Source: an uncultured Pseudomonadota bacterium (GTDB lineage: Bacteria > Desulfobacterota > Syntrophorhabdia > Syntrophorhabdales > CAYQXL01). From it: DNA of 64,000 nt. The notes beneath the pieces were generated by a model. It was not told where the DNA came from, did no database searches, and saw only the letters and a program-made list of their open reading frames with translations. This document shows, piece after piece, positions 49,513-57,520 of this stretch (position 1 is the first letter of the stretch; each line of letters starts with the position of its first letter). The DNA lies in contig CAZYVU010000001.1 in NCBI GenBank assembly GCA_964651435.1, positions 54,440 to 118,439 on the forward strand. Direction: 5' to 3'. The position numbers and the translations under genes are program-made.

Positions 49513-49995
49513 ATGAAGGGCTACCTTATGTTAGTTGAAAAACTGAGCACGTACATGAGCGTTATCGGTGGCTGCGCGCTCACCTTCATTATGTTGCTCA
49601 CCGTGGCCGACGTGACCCTGCGTCTCTTTGGCCACCCCATCGTCGGCACCTTCGAACTCGTGAGCTTCGGAGGGGCCGTTGCCATCGGCTTTGCAATTCC
49701 CATCACCTCCTGGGTTCGGGGCCACATTTATGTGGACTTCTTTGTAGCAAAGTTTCCGCCGGGCCTCAAGAACACATTCAACTTAGTGACCCGGCTTATG
49801 GGCATAGTCATCTTTGTTCTCATCGGGTGGCAACTGCTGATTCTCGCGGGAGACTTCTACAAGTCCGGCGAGGTCTCCCTTACGAGGCACATCCCCTTCT
49901 ATCCTATTACCTACGGTATGGGGTTTTGCGCCTTTCTTCAGTGCCTTGTGCTTATCGGTGACATCATCAAAATTTTTGGAGGCGATTATGAGTGA
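49513..49995 (+). CDS. TRAP transporter small permease (DctQ family)
   Basis: 160 aa with 4 TM helices. GAGGAGG RBS. ATGAGTGA overlap with the large permease. Confidence 0.88.
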   Translation: MKGYLMLVEKLSTYMSVIGGCALTFIMLLTVADVTLRLFGHPIVGTFELVSFGGAVAIGFAIPITSWVRGHIYVDFFVAKFPPGLKNTFNLVTRLMGIVIFVLIGWQLLILAGDFYKSGEVSLTRHIPFYPITYGMGFCAFLQCLVLIGDIIKIFGGDYE

Positions 49996-51295
49996 ACCCG
50001 TTGTAGGGCTCATCGCCCTCGGAGTCGTCCTTATCCTTTTCCTTACCGGCATCGAACTGGCGTTTGCCATGATCATCATCGGCTTTCTGGGCTTTGCTTA
50101 CCTTATCTCCATGGACGCAGCCCTGAGCCTGCTTGGTAAGGACGTTTTCGACGTTCTCAACTCGTACAGTTTTACGGTCATCCCGCTTTTCGTCTTGATG
50201 GGCCAGGTGGCCTACAACTCCGGCATAGCAAAACGGCTCTTCGACACGTCCTATAAGTTCATAGGCCACATCCCCGGAGGCCTCGCCATGGCGACAGTGG
50301 GAGGCGCAACGATTTTTAAAGCCATATGCGGATCCTCCCCGGCCACAAGCGCCACCTTTGCGAGCGTTGCCGTTCCCGAGATGGACCGCTACAACTACGA
50401 CCGCCGCCTCTCTACCGGCATCGTCGCCACCGTCGGAACCTTGGGCATTCTCCTGCCACCCAGCGTGACCCTTATCATCTACGGCATCATCACCGACCAG
50501 TCCATCGGTCGCCTTTTTCTGGCAGGCATCTTCCCCGGCCTCATGATAGCTGCCTTCTTTATAGTCATCATTTACGGCTGGTGCGTCATGAACCCCGCCC
50601 TGGGGCCGAAGGGAGAGCGGTCCTCCTGGGGAGAGCGTATCAGGGCGATCCCCCAGGTTCTTTGGGTCCTTGTCATATTCGTCCTCATCATCGGAGGCAT
50701 CCTGAAGGGCTTCTTCACCCCCACCGAGGCCGGCAGCGTGGGCACATTCCTCGTCCTTCTCCTTACCTTCCTCAAGCGTGACCTCAACATAAAGGGATAT
50801 ATAAAGTCCGTCTCCGAGTCACTTAGGACGGCCACGGTAGTGCTCTTCCTTATCACCGGCTCCACGGTCCTCGGCCACTTCATTACGGTGACCACCATAC
50901 CCATGGTGGCGGCAGACTGGATCGTCAGCCTCAGCATGCCTTCCTGGCTTATCCTTGTCTTCATCGCCCTTATTTATCTCATAGGCGGCTCTTTCATCGA
51001 CGACCTGGCCTTTATGATCCTTGCTACCCCCATCTTCTATCCTGCCATCCTCAAGCTGGGCTATAACCCCCTCTGGTTTGGCATCATGATCGGCATCACC
51101 GTTATGATGGGCGTCGTCGTACCCCCCATGGCCATATGCGTCTTCGTCGTCAAGCAGATCACCAAGACAAACTTCAACACCATCTACAAGGGCGTCTATC
51201 CCTTTCTCCTCAGCCTTGTCGTCGGGGGCATCATCGTCTTTATCTTCCCTCAGATTGCAACCTGGCTTCCCGAGAAGCTTATGGGCATGCCCTAA
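49988..51295 (+). CDS. TRAP transporter large permease (DctM family)
   Basis: In-frame part of ORF 49946..51295. 435-aa polytopic protein with DctM-like repeats. Confidence 0.9.
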   Translation: MSEPVVGLIALGVVLILFLTGIELAFAMIIIGFLGFAYLISMDAALSLLGKDVFDVLNSYSFTVIPLFVLMGQVAYNSGIAKRLFDTSYKFIGHIPGGLAMATVGGATIFKAICGSSPATSATFASVAVPEMDRYNYDRRLSTGIVATVGTLGILLPPSVTLIIYGIITDQSIGRLFLAGIFPGLMIAAFFIVIIYGWCVMNPALGPKGERSSWGERIRAIPQVLWVLVIFVLIIGGILKGFFTPTEAGSVGTFLVLLLTFLKRDLNIKGYIKSVSESLRTATVVLFLITGSTVLGHFITVTTIPMVAADWIVSLSMPSWLILVFIALIYLIGGSFIDDLAFMILATPIFYPAILKLGYNPLWFGIMIGITVMMGVVVPPMAICVFVVKQITKTNFNTIYKGVYPFLLSLVVGGIIVFIFPQIATWLPEKLMGMP

Positions 51296-51340
51296 TCCAT
51301 AGTCCGGGGCAGCGCCTCTTTTCCCTATCGGCGCCAATAC

Positions 51341-51379
51341 AAAAGGGGCTTCTCCCGGATGGGAGAAGCCCCTTTTTCT
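51341..51379. terminator. Bidirectional rho-independent terminator between convergent dctM and coxG-like genes
   Basis: AAAA-GGGGCTTCTCCC-ggat-GGGAGAAGCCCC-TTTTT. Perfect 12-bp stem flanked by an A-run and a T-run. Confidence 0.85.
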
Positions 51380-51399
51380 TTGTCGCTTTGTTGCCTCGG

Positions 51400-51852
51400 C
51401 TATCCTACTGCCGCCAGCTTCTTCTGCAGATTCTTCGTGAATTCCTTCTCCGTGTCCTTGGCCTTCGCCCTCATGATGCGGTCTCCGAACATAGCCAGCT
51501 TTCCAACGATGACTGTGTCCGTCTTGTAGGCAACCTCTACGTTGCCGTCGCCCAGATCCTTCAGGTCCATAATTGTCTTCTGTTTGAAGTGGCCAAGCTT
51601 GGTCATGTCCTCCCCTTCACCCTCGATCTCCATATGGGTAGGGGCATTCATGACGGTGATAAAGTTCCTGAACTTAAGGGCCACCTTGATGGGGCCGACC
51701 TTCTGCTTCAGGAGGCAGTCATAGGTCTTCTCGTCAATCTTTTCAACCTTCTCTGCGCCCGGGAGGCAGGTGGTGATCGTCTCCGGCTCGAGAAGCAGAT
51801 CCCAAAGCTTCTGGATCGGTGCTTTTACAGTGAAACTACCCTCTATGATCAT
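51400..51852 (-). CDS. CoxG/SRPBCC family protein
   Basis: 150 aa. The N-terminus (F.V.AP....W..L..PE....C.PG.E......) is typical of carbon monoxide dehydrogenase subunit G-like proteins. Confidence 0.8.
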   Translation of the reverse strand: MIIEGSFTVKAPIQKLWDLLLEPETITTCLPGAEKVEKIDEKTYDCLLKQKVGPIKVALKFRNFITVMNAPTHMEIEGEGEDMTKLGHFKQKTIMDLKDLGDGNVEVAYKTDTVIVGKLAMFGDRIMRAKAKDTEKEFTKNLQKKLAAVG

Positions 51853-51895
51853 ATGAACCTCCTTAAATTCAATGTCTGCAGCCTTCCTTAAAGGA

Positions 51896-52111
51896 TTACA
51901 GGTTGGGCTGCGCCTTATCTATGAGCTCCTTCAATGTATCGTAGCTCTTGTTGCCGGGCTCCGAAATCTGCGCCAAGAGCAGGTCTATGTATGAATGACC
52001 CTGTGACTCCACCCACTGCCTGTGGGCCTTGTCGCCGGTGCCGAAAATATGGCGGGCACAGGACAGGGTTGTCGGATATTCCTTTTTGCATGCAGGACAC
52101 TTAACGTTCAT
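51896..52111 (-). CDS. Small hypothetical protein with N-terminal zinc-finger-like CxxC..CxxH motif
   Basis: 71 aa, MNVKCPACKKEYPTTLSCARH. Sits between the Mo subunit and coxG-like genes. Confidence 0.5.
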   Translation of the reverse strand: MNVKCPACKKEYPTTLSCARHIFGTGDKAHRQWVESQGHSYIDLLLAQISEPGNKSYDTLKELIDKAQPNL

Positions 52112-52123
52112 CGGTCACCCTCC

Positions 52124-54445
52124 TTACTTTGCTTCTTGCTTTTCCCGGATTGCCTTCAGCAGCGCTTCCGGAAGTATGGGATTTTCTTTCATCTGCACTC
52201 CAAGGGCGTGGTAAATTGCGTTCCCCATGGCCGCCGCTGTCGGGTTTGTGAGGCCTTCTCCGGCCTCCTTGGCGCCGTAAGGGCCTTCGGGCTCGTACGT
52301 TTCCACCTCGAGTACCGGACAATCAGGCATTTCCGGGGCCCTGATGATCTTGTAGTCTACCAGGTTCGGGTTCAGCATCTTGCCATCCTCAAATGGCATA
52401 TATTCGAGATAGCCATACCCGATTGCCATGGACGCAGCGCCCTCGAGCTGACCCGTAAGGCCGAGCGGATTGATGGGCTGCCCGCAGTCGTGGGCCGTTA
52501 CGCAGTTGAGAAGCCTCATCTTGCCTGTTTCCTCATCGATTTCAAGCTCCACAGCCTGGACCATGTAACTGTATGCAGGGGAAATCATACCCTTCCGGTG
52601 AGGTGTATAGTAGCCGCGTCCGACGATTTTCTGTCCGTCTTTTCCGCGGATCGCTTCCCTTACCAGCTCAAAGTAATCGATCCCCCTTTCAGGCCGGGCC
52701 TTCAGGTGGGCCCAGCGGTCCCGAATGTCCAAATCGTAAACAATGTTCGGATTGAGCTTGGCGGCTGCAAATTCGAGAAGCTGCTTCTTGACGCTTTCTG
52801 CCGCCATCTTTACGGCGTTTCCTGCCATGAGGGTCTGCCGGGAGCCCCATGCGCCGAGGTCCGGAGGGCAATGGTCGGTGTCACCCGAGTGGACAGTAAT
52901 GTCCTCAACCCTCACTCCCAAGGTCTCTGCGCAGATGATGGCCATGGTCGTGTTTGAGCCCTGGCCTATCTCCTGACAGCCCACGTGGAGCTCCACCGTT
53001 CCGTCGTAGTTCACTGTAACAACGGCGGAGGAGAAGGAGTAGGGGGAGTCAAACCAGTTAAAGATACCGCCCGACATGAATCCGCAGGAAGAAATACCGA
53101 TCGCCCTGTTTTTTGGCAGCTCGCCCTTTGACTTGATCCATTCGTCAATCTTCGTCAGACATTCGTCGAGACCACAGCTCTGAATGTAGGCCTGGCCGGG
53201 GACTTCGTAACCCGGGGTGTGGCCGTTCTTCCGCCGGATATCGATGGGGTCGAGGCCGAGGTCCGTGGCAATCCAGTCGATCTGCTGCTCGGAGCAGAAC
53301 ATGGCCTGGGGTGCGCCGAAACCCCTCATGGAGGTGGAAGGCATTGTGTTCGTGTAGACCCTGTAGCCGTCGTACCGGTAGGCCTTCCATTTGTAGGGGA
53401 AGGAGTGGAAGAATCCCGACAGGTAAAGGGCTGTTGCACCCATGCCTGTGTACGCGCCGCCGTTGCTGAACATGCGCGATTCCCTGGCGCAGAAGGTACC
53501 ATCCTTCTTTACGCCCGTCCGCACGTAGTAAAACATGGGCGTTCTTCTCTTCGAGGCGATAAAATCCTCTTCGCGGCTGAACACGATCTTCACGGGCCGG
53601 TACGTTTTCATGGATAGGATGGCGCTGCAGAACTGGGCGCCGTCGAGCTCGAACTTGCCGCCAAAGCCGCCACCGACGTATTTCGCAATAACCCGCACGT
53701 CGCCCTCGCGCAGCCCCAGAACGCCGGCCAGCAGCGCCTGGTGGTAGTATGCGGACTGTGTTCCCGTCCAAACAAAGAGTTTGCCGTCGGGTGTGAAGCT
53801 GGACACTGCATCTCTCGTTTCCATGCACATGTGGTGCTGGCCACCGCACTTGAACCAGTCTTCCCTGACATAATCGGCCTCTTCGAAGGCCTCTTCAACC
53901 TCGCCCCACTCGATGTGGCGGGTGACGTTGATGTTCCTTTCAACGCCCTCGTGGATGACGGGGGCTTCCTTTTTAATAGCATCAAGTGGCTCGTAGACGG
54001 CCTCAAGCACTTCGTATTCCACTTCGATGAGGTCAAGGGCCTGCTCGGCGATCTCTTCCGTAATCGCTGCGACGGCAGCAACGGGTTCACCGATGTACCG
54101 CACCTTCTCGACGGGCAGGATCTGCTCGTCGCAGAGTTCTTCATACCTTCTCCAGATGCCCTGCTTTATGCCGAGCGTGTCCTTGCCGGTTACTACAGCC
54201 TTGACACCCGGAAGGGCCAAAGCCTGGCTCGCGTCGATGTTGACGATCCTGGCGTGCGGGTGGGGGCTCCGGAGGATTTTGCCGTAGAGCATGCCGGGAA
54301 GCGTCACATCAAAGGTGTATGTGGCTCTTCCGGTAACCTTGGCTATGCCGTCTACGTTGTGGACGGGCGTATTGATGACCGAATATTTCATGCCGCCTAC
54401 AACATGGACAGGCGTATCAATGACTGCTTTGATCTCGTGACTCAT
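52124..54445 (-). CDS. Xanthine dehydrogenase family molybdopterin-binding (large) subunit
   Basis: 773 aa. Aldehyde oxidase/XDH a/b-hammerhead plus MoCo-binding domains (GGGFGGK, RGFG.PQ and E..G-type active-site region). Confidence 0.9.
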   Translation of the reverse strand: MSHEIKAVIDTPVHVVGGMKYSVINTPVHNVDGIAKVTGRATYTFDVTLPGMLYGKILRSPHPHARIVNIDASQALALPGVKAVVTGKDTLGIKQGIWRRYEELCDEQILPVEKVRYIGEPVAAVAAITEEIAEQALDLIEVEYEVLEAVYEPLDAIKKEAPVIHEGVERNINVTRHIEWGEVEEAFEEADYVREDWFKCGGQHHMCMETRDAVSSFTPDGKLFVWTGTQSAYYHQALLAGVLGLREGDVRVIAKYVGGGFGGKFELDGAQFCSAILSMKTYRPVKIVFSREEDFIASKRRTPMFYYVRTGVKKDGTFCARESRMFSNGGAYTGMGATALYLSGFFHSFPYKWKAYRYDGYRVYTNTMPSTSMRGFGAPQAMFCSEQQIDWIATDLGLDPIDIRRKNGHTPGYEVPGQAYIQSCGLDECLTKIDEWIKSKGELPKNRAIGISSCGFMSGGIFNWFDSPYSFSSAVVTVNYDGTVELHVGCQEIGQGSNTTMAIICAETLGVRVEDITVHSGDTDHCPPDLGAWGSRQTLMAGNAVKMAAESVKKQLLEFAAAKLNPNIVYDLDIRDRWAHLKARPERGIDYFELVREAIRGKDGQKIVGRGYYTPHRKGMISPAYSYMVQAVELEIDEETGKMRLLNCVTAHDCGQPINPLGLTGQLEGAASMAIGYGYLEYMPFEDGKMLNPNLVDYKIIRAPEMPDCPVLEVETYEPEGPYGAKEAGEGLTNPTAAAMGNAIYHALGVQMKENPILPEALLKAIREKQEAK

Positions 54446-54447
54446 GA

Positions 54448-54939
54448 TTATTCCTCCTTGTATTTGCCTGTTACCACTGAGTCTATGGCCCTGACGATAC
54501 TGTTGTAGCCTGTGCAGCGGCAGAGGTTCCCTTCGATGCTCTCTTTTACCTCATGAATGGACGGGGCTCTCTGCTCCCTTTCCACCTCACCGACGAACGC
54601 CGTGGCCGACATCAGCATACCGGCGGTACAGAAACCGCACTGGAAGGCCCCCTGATCGAGGAAAGCCTTCTGAATGGGGGAAAGCTTGCCGTTGTCTTCC
54701 AGGCCCTCTACCGTGGTCACACTCAGGCCGTCGACGCTCATGGCAAGAACAGAACAGGACTTGACCGACGCGTCGCCTATCATGACGGTGCAGCATCCGC
54801 ACGACACAGTTTCACAGGCCCGCTTCGTCCCTGTCAGGCCGAGGTGGTCCCTTATCACTTCCACCAGCAAGGTTTTGGGGTTGATGTAAAGCTCGTAGGC
54901 CTCGCCGTTTACCGTTATATTAAGTAGTTGTTTTTCCAT
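54448..54939 (-). CDS. (2Fe-2S)-binding small subunit of XDH-family enzyme
   Basis: Plant-type ferredoxin cluster C.....C..C..C (TKRACETVSCGCCTV) and second cluster QCGFCT.G, C.CTGY. Confidence 0.92.
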   Translation of the reverse strand: MEKQLLNITVNGEAYELYINPKTLLVEVIRDHLGLTGTKRACETVSCGCCTVMIGDASVKSCSVLAMSVDGLSVTTVEGLEDNGKLSPIQKAFLDQGAFQCGFCTAGMLMSATAFVGEVEREQRAPSIHEVKESIEGNLCRCTGYNSIVRAIDSVVTGKYKEE

Positions 54940-54950
54940 TCTCCGCCTCC

Positions 54951-55826
54951 TTACGCTTGCGCCTTGGCCTTATCCCAGGCCGCCTTTAACATCCGCTTGG
55001 TCAGAACGTAAAGCAGATGCCTCCGGAACTCTTCGGTCGCATGAATGTCGGCAACAGGCTCCGAAACCTCTTGGGCAGCCCTGCCCACCGCCTCAAAGAG
55101 GGCCTCGTCCGGATTCTTTCCGATAAGCATCTCCTCTGCCTGTTTCAGCCTCAGCGCCGTAGGCGCCGCGTTGCCGAGAACGACACGCACGTCTTTGCAG
55201 GTGCCGTCAGCGTTCAGAGTCATGGACGCTGCTGCCCCAACGATGCCCATATCGGCGTCGATAAGGTTGAATTTCTTGTAAGCAACGCCGGTCCGAGGCT
55301 CCGGTGTCGGGACCTGCACACCGAGAACCATTTCGTCCTTCTCCATGACCGTCTCAAAATAGTCGGCAAAGAACTCCTCGAGGGGCATGGTCCTTTCGCC
55401 TCGCTCGCCACCTACGGCAATGGAGGCATTCATGGCGATCAGAACCGGGGCGGGGTCGCCGGAGGGGTCGGCGTGGGCGAGGTTCCCACCGATGGTCCCC
55501 CAGTTCCGGGTCTGGATCGATGCCAGCTTTGTCTCCATTTCTGCAAGGGCAGGGTACTTTTCCTGGATCACAGCCGACTTCTCGATCTCGCGATGGGTCG
55601 TCGTGGCGCCGATCTTGAGCCCCTCTTTGGGGTCAAAGGCGATGTAGCGGAGTTCCCTCAGGTTCTTGATGTCCATCAGGTAGTCGGTGGCCACCAAGCC
55701 CTGTCTCATGACGATAAGCAGAGACTGGCCGCCGCAGATTACCTTGCACTCATCCTTGTGCTCGGCGAGCATGGAGAATGCTTCCTTAACGTTCGCGGGT
55801 CTTAGGTACGTAAAATCGTGTATCAT
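54951..55826 (-). CDS. FAD-binding (medium) subunit of XDH-family enzyme (CoxM-like)
   Basis: FAD_binding_5 motifs (ICGGQSL, TIGGNL) and a CO-dehydrogenase flavoprotein C-terminal domain. 291 aa, with no extra Cys cluster. Confidence 0.9.
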   Translation of the reverse strand: MIHDFTYLRPANVKEAFSMLAEHKDECKVICGGQSLLIVMRQGLVATDYLMDIKNLRELRYIAFDPKEGLKIGATTTHREIEKSAVIQEKYPALAEMETKLASIQTRNWGTIGGNLAHADPSGDPAPVLIAMNASIAVGGERGERTMPLEEFFADYFETVMEKDEMVLGVQVPTPEPRTGVAYKKFNLIDADMGIVGAAASMTLNADGTCKDVRVVLGNAAPTALRLKQAEEMLIGKNPDEALFEAVGRAAQEVSEPVADIHATEEFRRHLLYVLTKRMLKAAWDKAKAQA

Positions 55827-56077
55827 AACTCTCTCCTTTCTACGATTTCTTCAACGTTTCTGATGCAGTTAGGACCCAATTCTATAAGATCAGGCATGCC
55901 GAAGGTGCCGTCCGGCGATCCTGCCTGTTTGCCCGGCTTTTCCGTTGGGGCCGGCGGCGCCCCCGCATGGCCCCTGTACTTGGGGGCAAAACAGAGATAG
56001 TAGTGCCGCCCCCGGTAAATCGCGCACTCAACACAGACGCCCCCGGATATGGGGCACGCCATCTTAACCTTTGCCAT
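55823..56077 (-). CDS. Small Cys-rich hypothetical protein (C-x6-C-x2-C-x10-C)
   Basis: In-frame part of ORF 55823..56101. ATG at 56077 is preceded by GAAGGAGG. Its stop overlaps the FAD-subunit start by 4 nt. Confidence 0.6.
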   Translation of the reverse strand: MAKVKMACPISGGVCVECAIYRGRHYYLCFAPKYRGHAGAPPAPTEKPGKQAGSPDGTFGMPDLIELGPNCIRNVEEIVERREL

Positions 56078-56253
56078 GGTAGGGATCCTCCTTCTGAACA
56101 ATCGTTGTTGTGGAAGTATGCAAGCAGAGATAGTTCACGATTCTTGCCCGAAAGTCAAGGGGTATCGCCCCTGGATTGGGTTAGAATTTTTTACCATACT
56201 AAACAGGATAAATCAAGCAGTTTATTTTTTAGGTACTTACTTGCGCTACTTGC

Positions 56254-56269
56254 GTTCATTATAATGAAC
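56254..56269. promoter_or_regulatory. Perfect 16-bp palindrome GTTCATTATAATGAAC (candidate operator)
   Basis: Lies in the 306-bp divergent region between the hydroxylase operon and the TRAP binding-protein gene. Preceded by a tandem TACTTGCG repeat. Confidence 0.45.
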
Positions 56270-56407
56270 ATCAGCAAGTTCGGCGGTATGGGCTTTCGCC
56301 GCCGACAGGACTCGGAGCCGAATCCCCGCCGACCCGAAAAGGGTTGACAAAGTTTTGGAGATTTCATTAACTATAATTTAGACAAACAAAACTCTTAGGA
56401 GGGGAGC

Positions 56408-57427
56408 ATGAACAAATCGTTTTTAGTCAAGCTTTTCGTGGCGGTCTTTCTGGTCTCCGTATGCATGGTTTCCGTACCGAGCCTGTCATCGGCCCAGATC
56501 AAACTCAATTACTCCAATTTCTTCCCGGCACCGCATAAAAACAGCCAGCTTGCCGAGCAGTGGGTCAAAGAGGTGGAAAAGAGGACCAACGGCAAGGTTA
56601 AAATCACCTACTACCCCGGCAACACACTTACCCCTGCGGCCCAGACCTTTGACAGCGTAAAGAAGGGCATCGCCGACATCGGCTACAGTTGCTTTGCTTA
56701 CACGCCCGGCAGGTTCCCCATGATGGAGGCCATCGACCTTCCCCTGGGTTACAAGAACGGCGCACAGGCAACGGCACTCATCAACGCCTACTATGAGAAG
56801 TTCAAACCGAAAGAGCTGGAGGACGTACACGTCCTCTACCTTCATGCCCACGGACCCGGCATCCTCCATACCAAGAAGCCCGTCAACAAGATTGAAGATG
56901 TCAAAGGCATGAAGATTAGGGCCACAGGTCTGGCTGCCAAGGTCGTCACCGCTCTGGGCGGCGCACCCGTTGGAACTACCATGCCGGAAACCTACGATGC
57001 CCTTAGGACAGGCGTTGCCGACGGCGCACTGGCCCCCGTTGAGGCCCTCCAGGGCTGGAAGTGGGGCGAGGTTGTCAGCTCCACGACAAAGGATTTCGGC
57101 GCGGCATATACCACGGGCATGTTCATCGTCATGAACAAGTCTAAGTGGAATTCCCTGCCCGAAGACGTGAAGAAGGTTTTCACCGACGTGAGCAAGGAAT
57201 GGATAGGGAAGCAGGCAAAACTCTGGGATGACATTGACAAGGAAGGCTACGAGTTCGTAAAGAAACGGGGCAACAAGATTATAGATCTGTCGGCCGCTGA
57301 AGACGGGAAGTTTGCCGCAGCAGTAAAGCCGATCCTTGATGAGTACGTGAAGAACGCCAAGGCGAAGGGCGTACCGGGCGACCAGGGCCTGGCCTTTGCC
57401 GTCGAATTCCTGAAGAAGCAGAAGTAG
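56408..57427 (+). CDS. TRAP transporter substrate-binding protein (DctP family)
   Basis: Signal peptide. DctP-type fold hallmarks as recalled (N.F.P..H...) and length. AGGAGGGGAG RBS. Confidence 0.88.
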   Translation: MNKSFLVKLFVAVFLVSVCMVSVPSLSSAQIKLNYSNFFPAPHKNSQLAEQWVKEVEKRTNGKVKITYYPGNTLTPAAQTFDSVKKGIADIGYSCFAYTPGRFPMMEAIDLPLGYKNGAQATALINAYYEKFKPKELEDVHVLYLHAHGPGILHTKKPVNKIEDVKGMKIRATGLAAKVVTALGGAPVGTTMPETYDALRTGVADGALAPVEALQGWKWGEVVSSTTKDFGAAYTTGMFIVMNKSKWNSLPEDVKKVFTDVSKEWIGKQAKLWDDIDKEGYEFVKKRGNKIIDLSAAEDGKFAAAVKPILDEYVKNAKAKGVPGDQGLAFAVEFLKKQK

Positions 57428-57450
57428 TAAATAGCCGGATTAGGATCGAT

Positions 57451-57483
57451 AAGGAGGGGCCACAGACCCCTCCTTATTTTTTT
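57451..57483 (+). terminator. Rho-independent terminator after the TRAP binding-protein gene
   Basis: AAGGAGGGG-ccacaga-CCCCTCCTT followed by ATTTTTTT. Confidence 0.85.
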
Positions 57484-57520
57484 GCTTCGACGTTTAGCCG
57501 GGAGGCCCCCTCTTCTCCAA

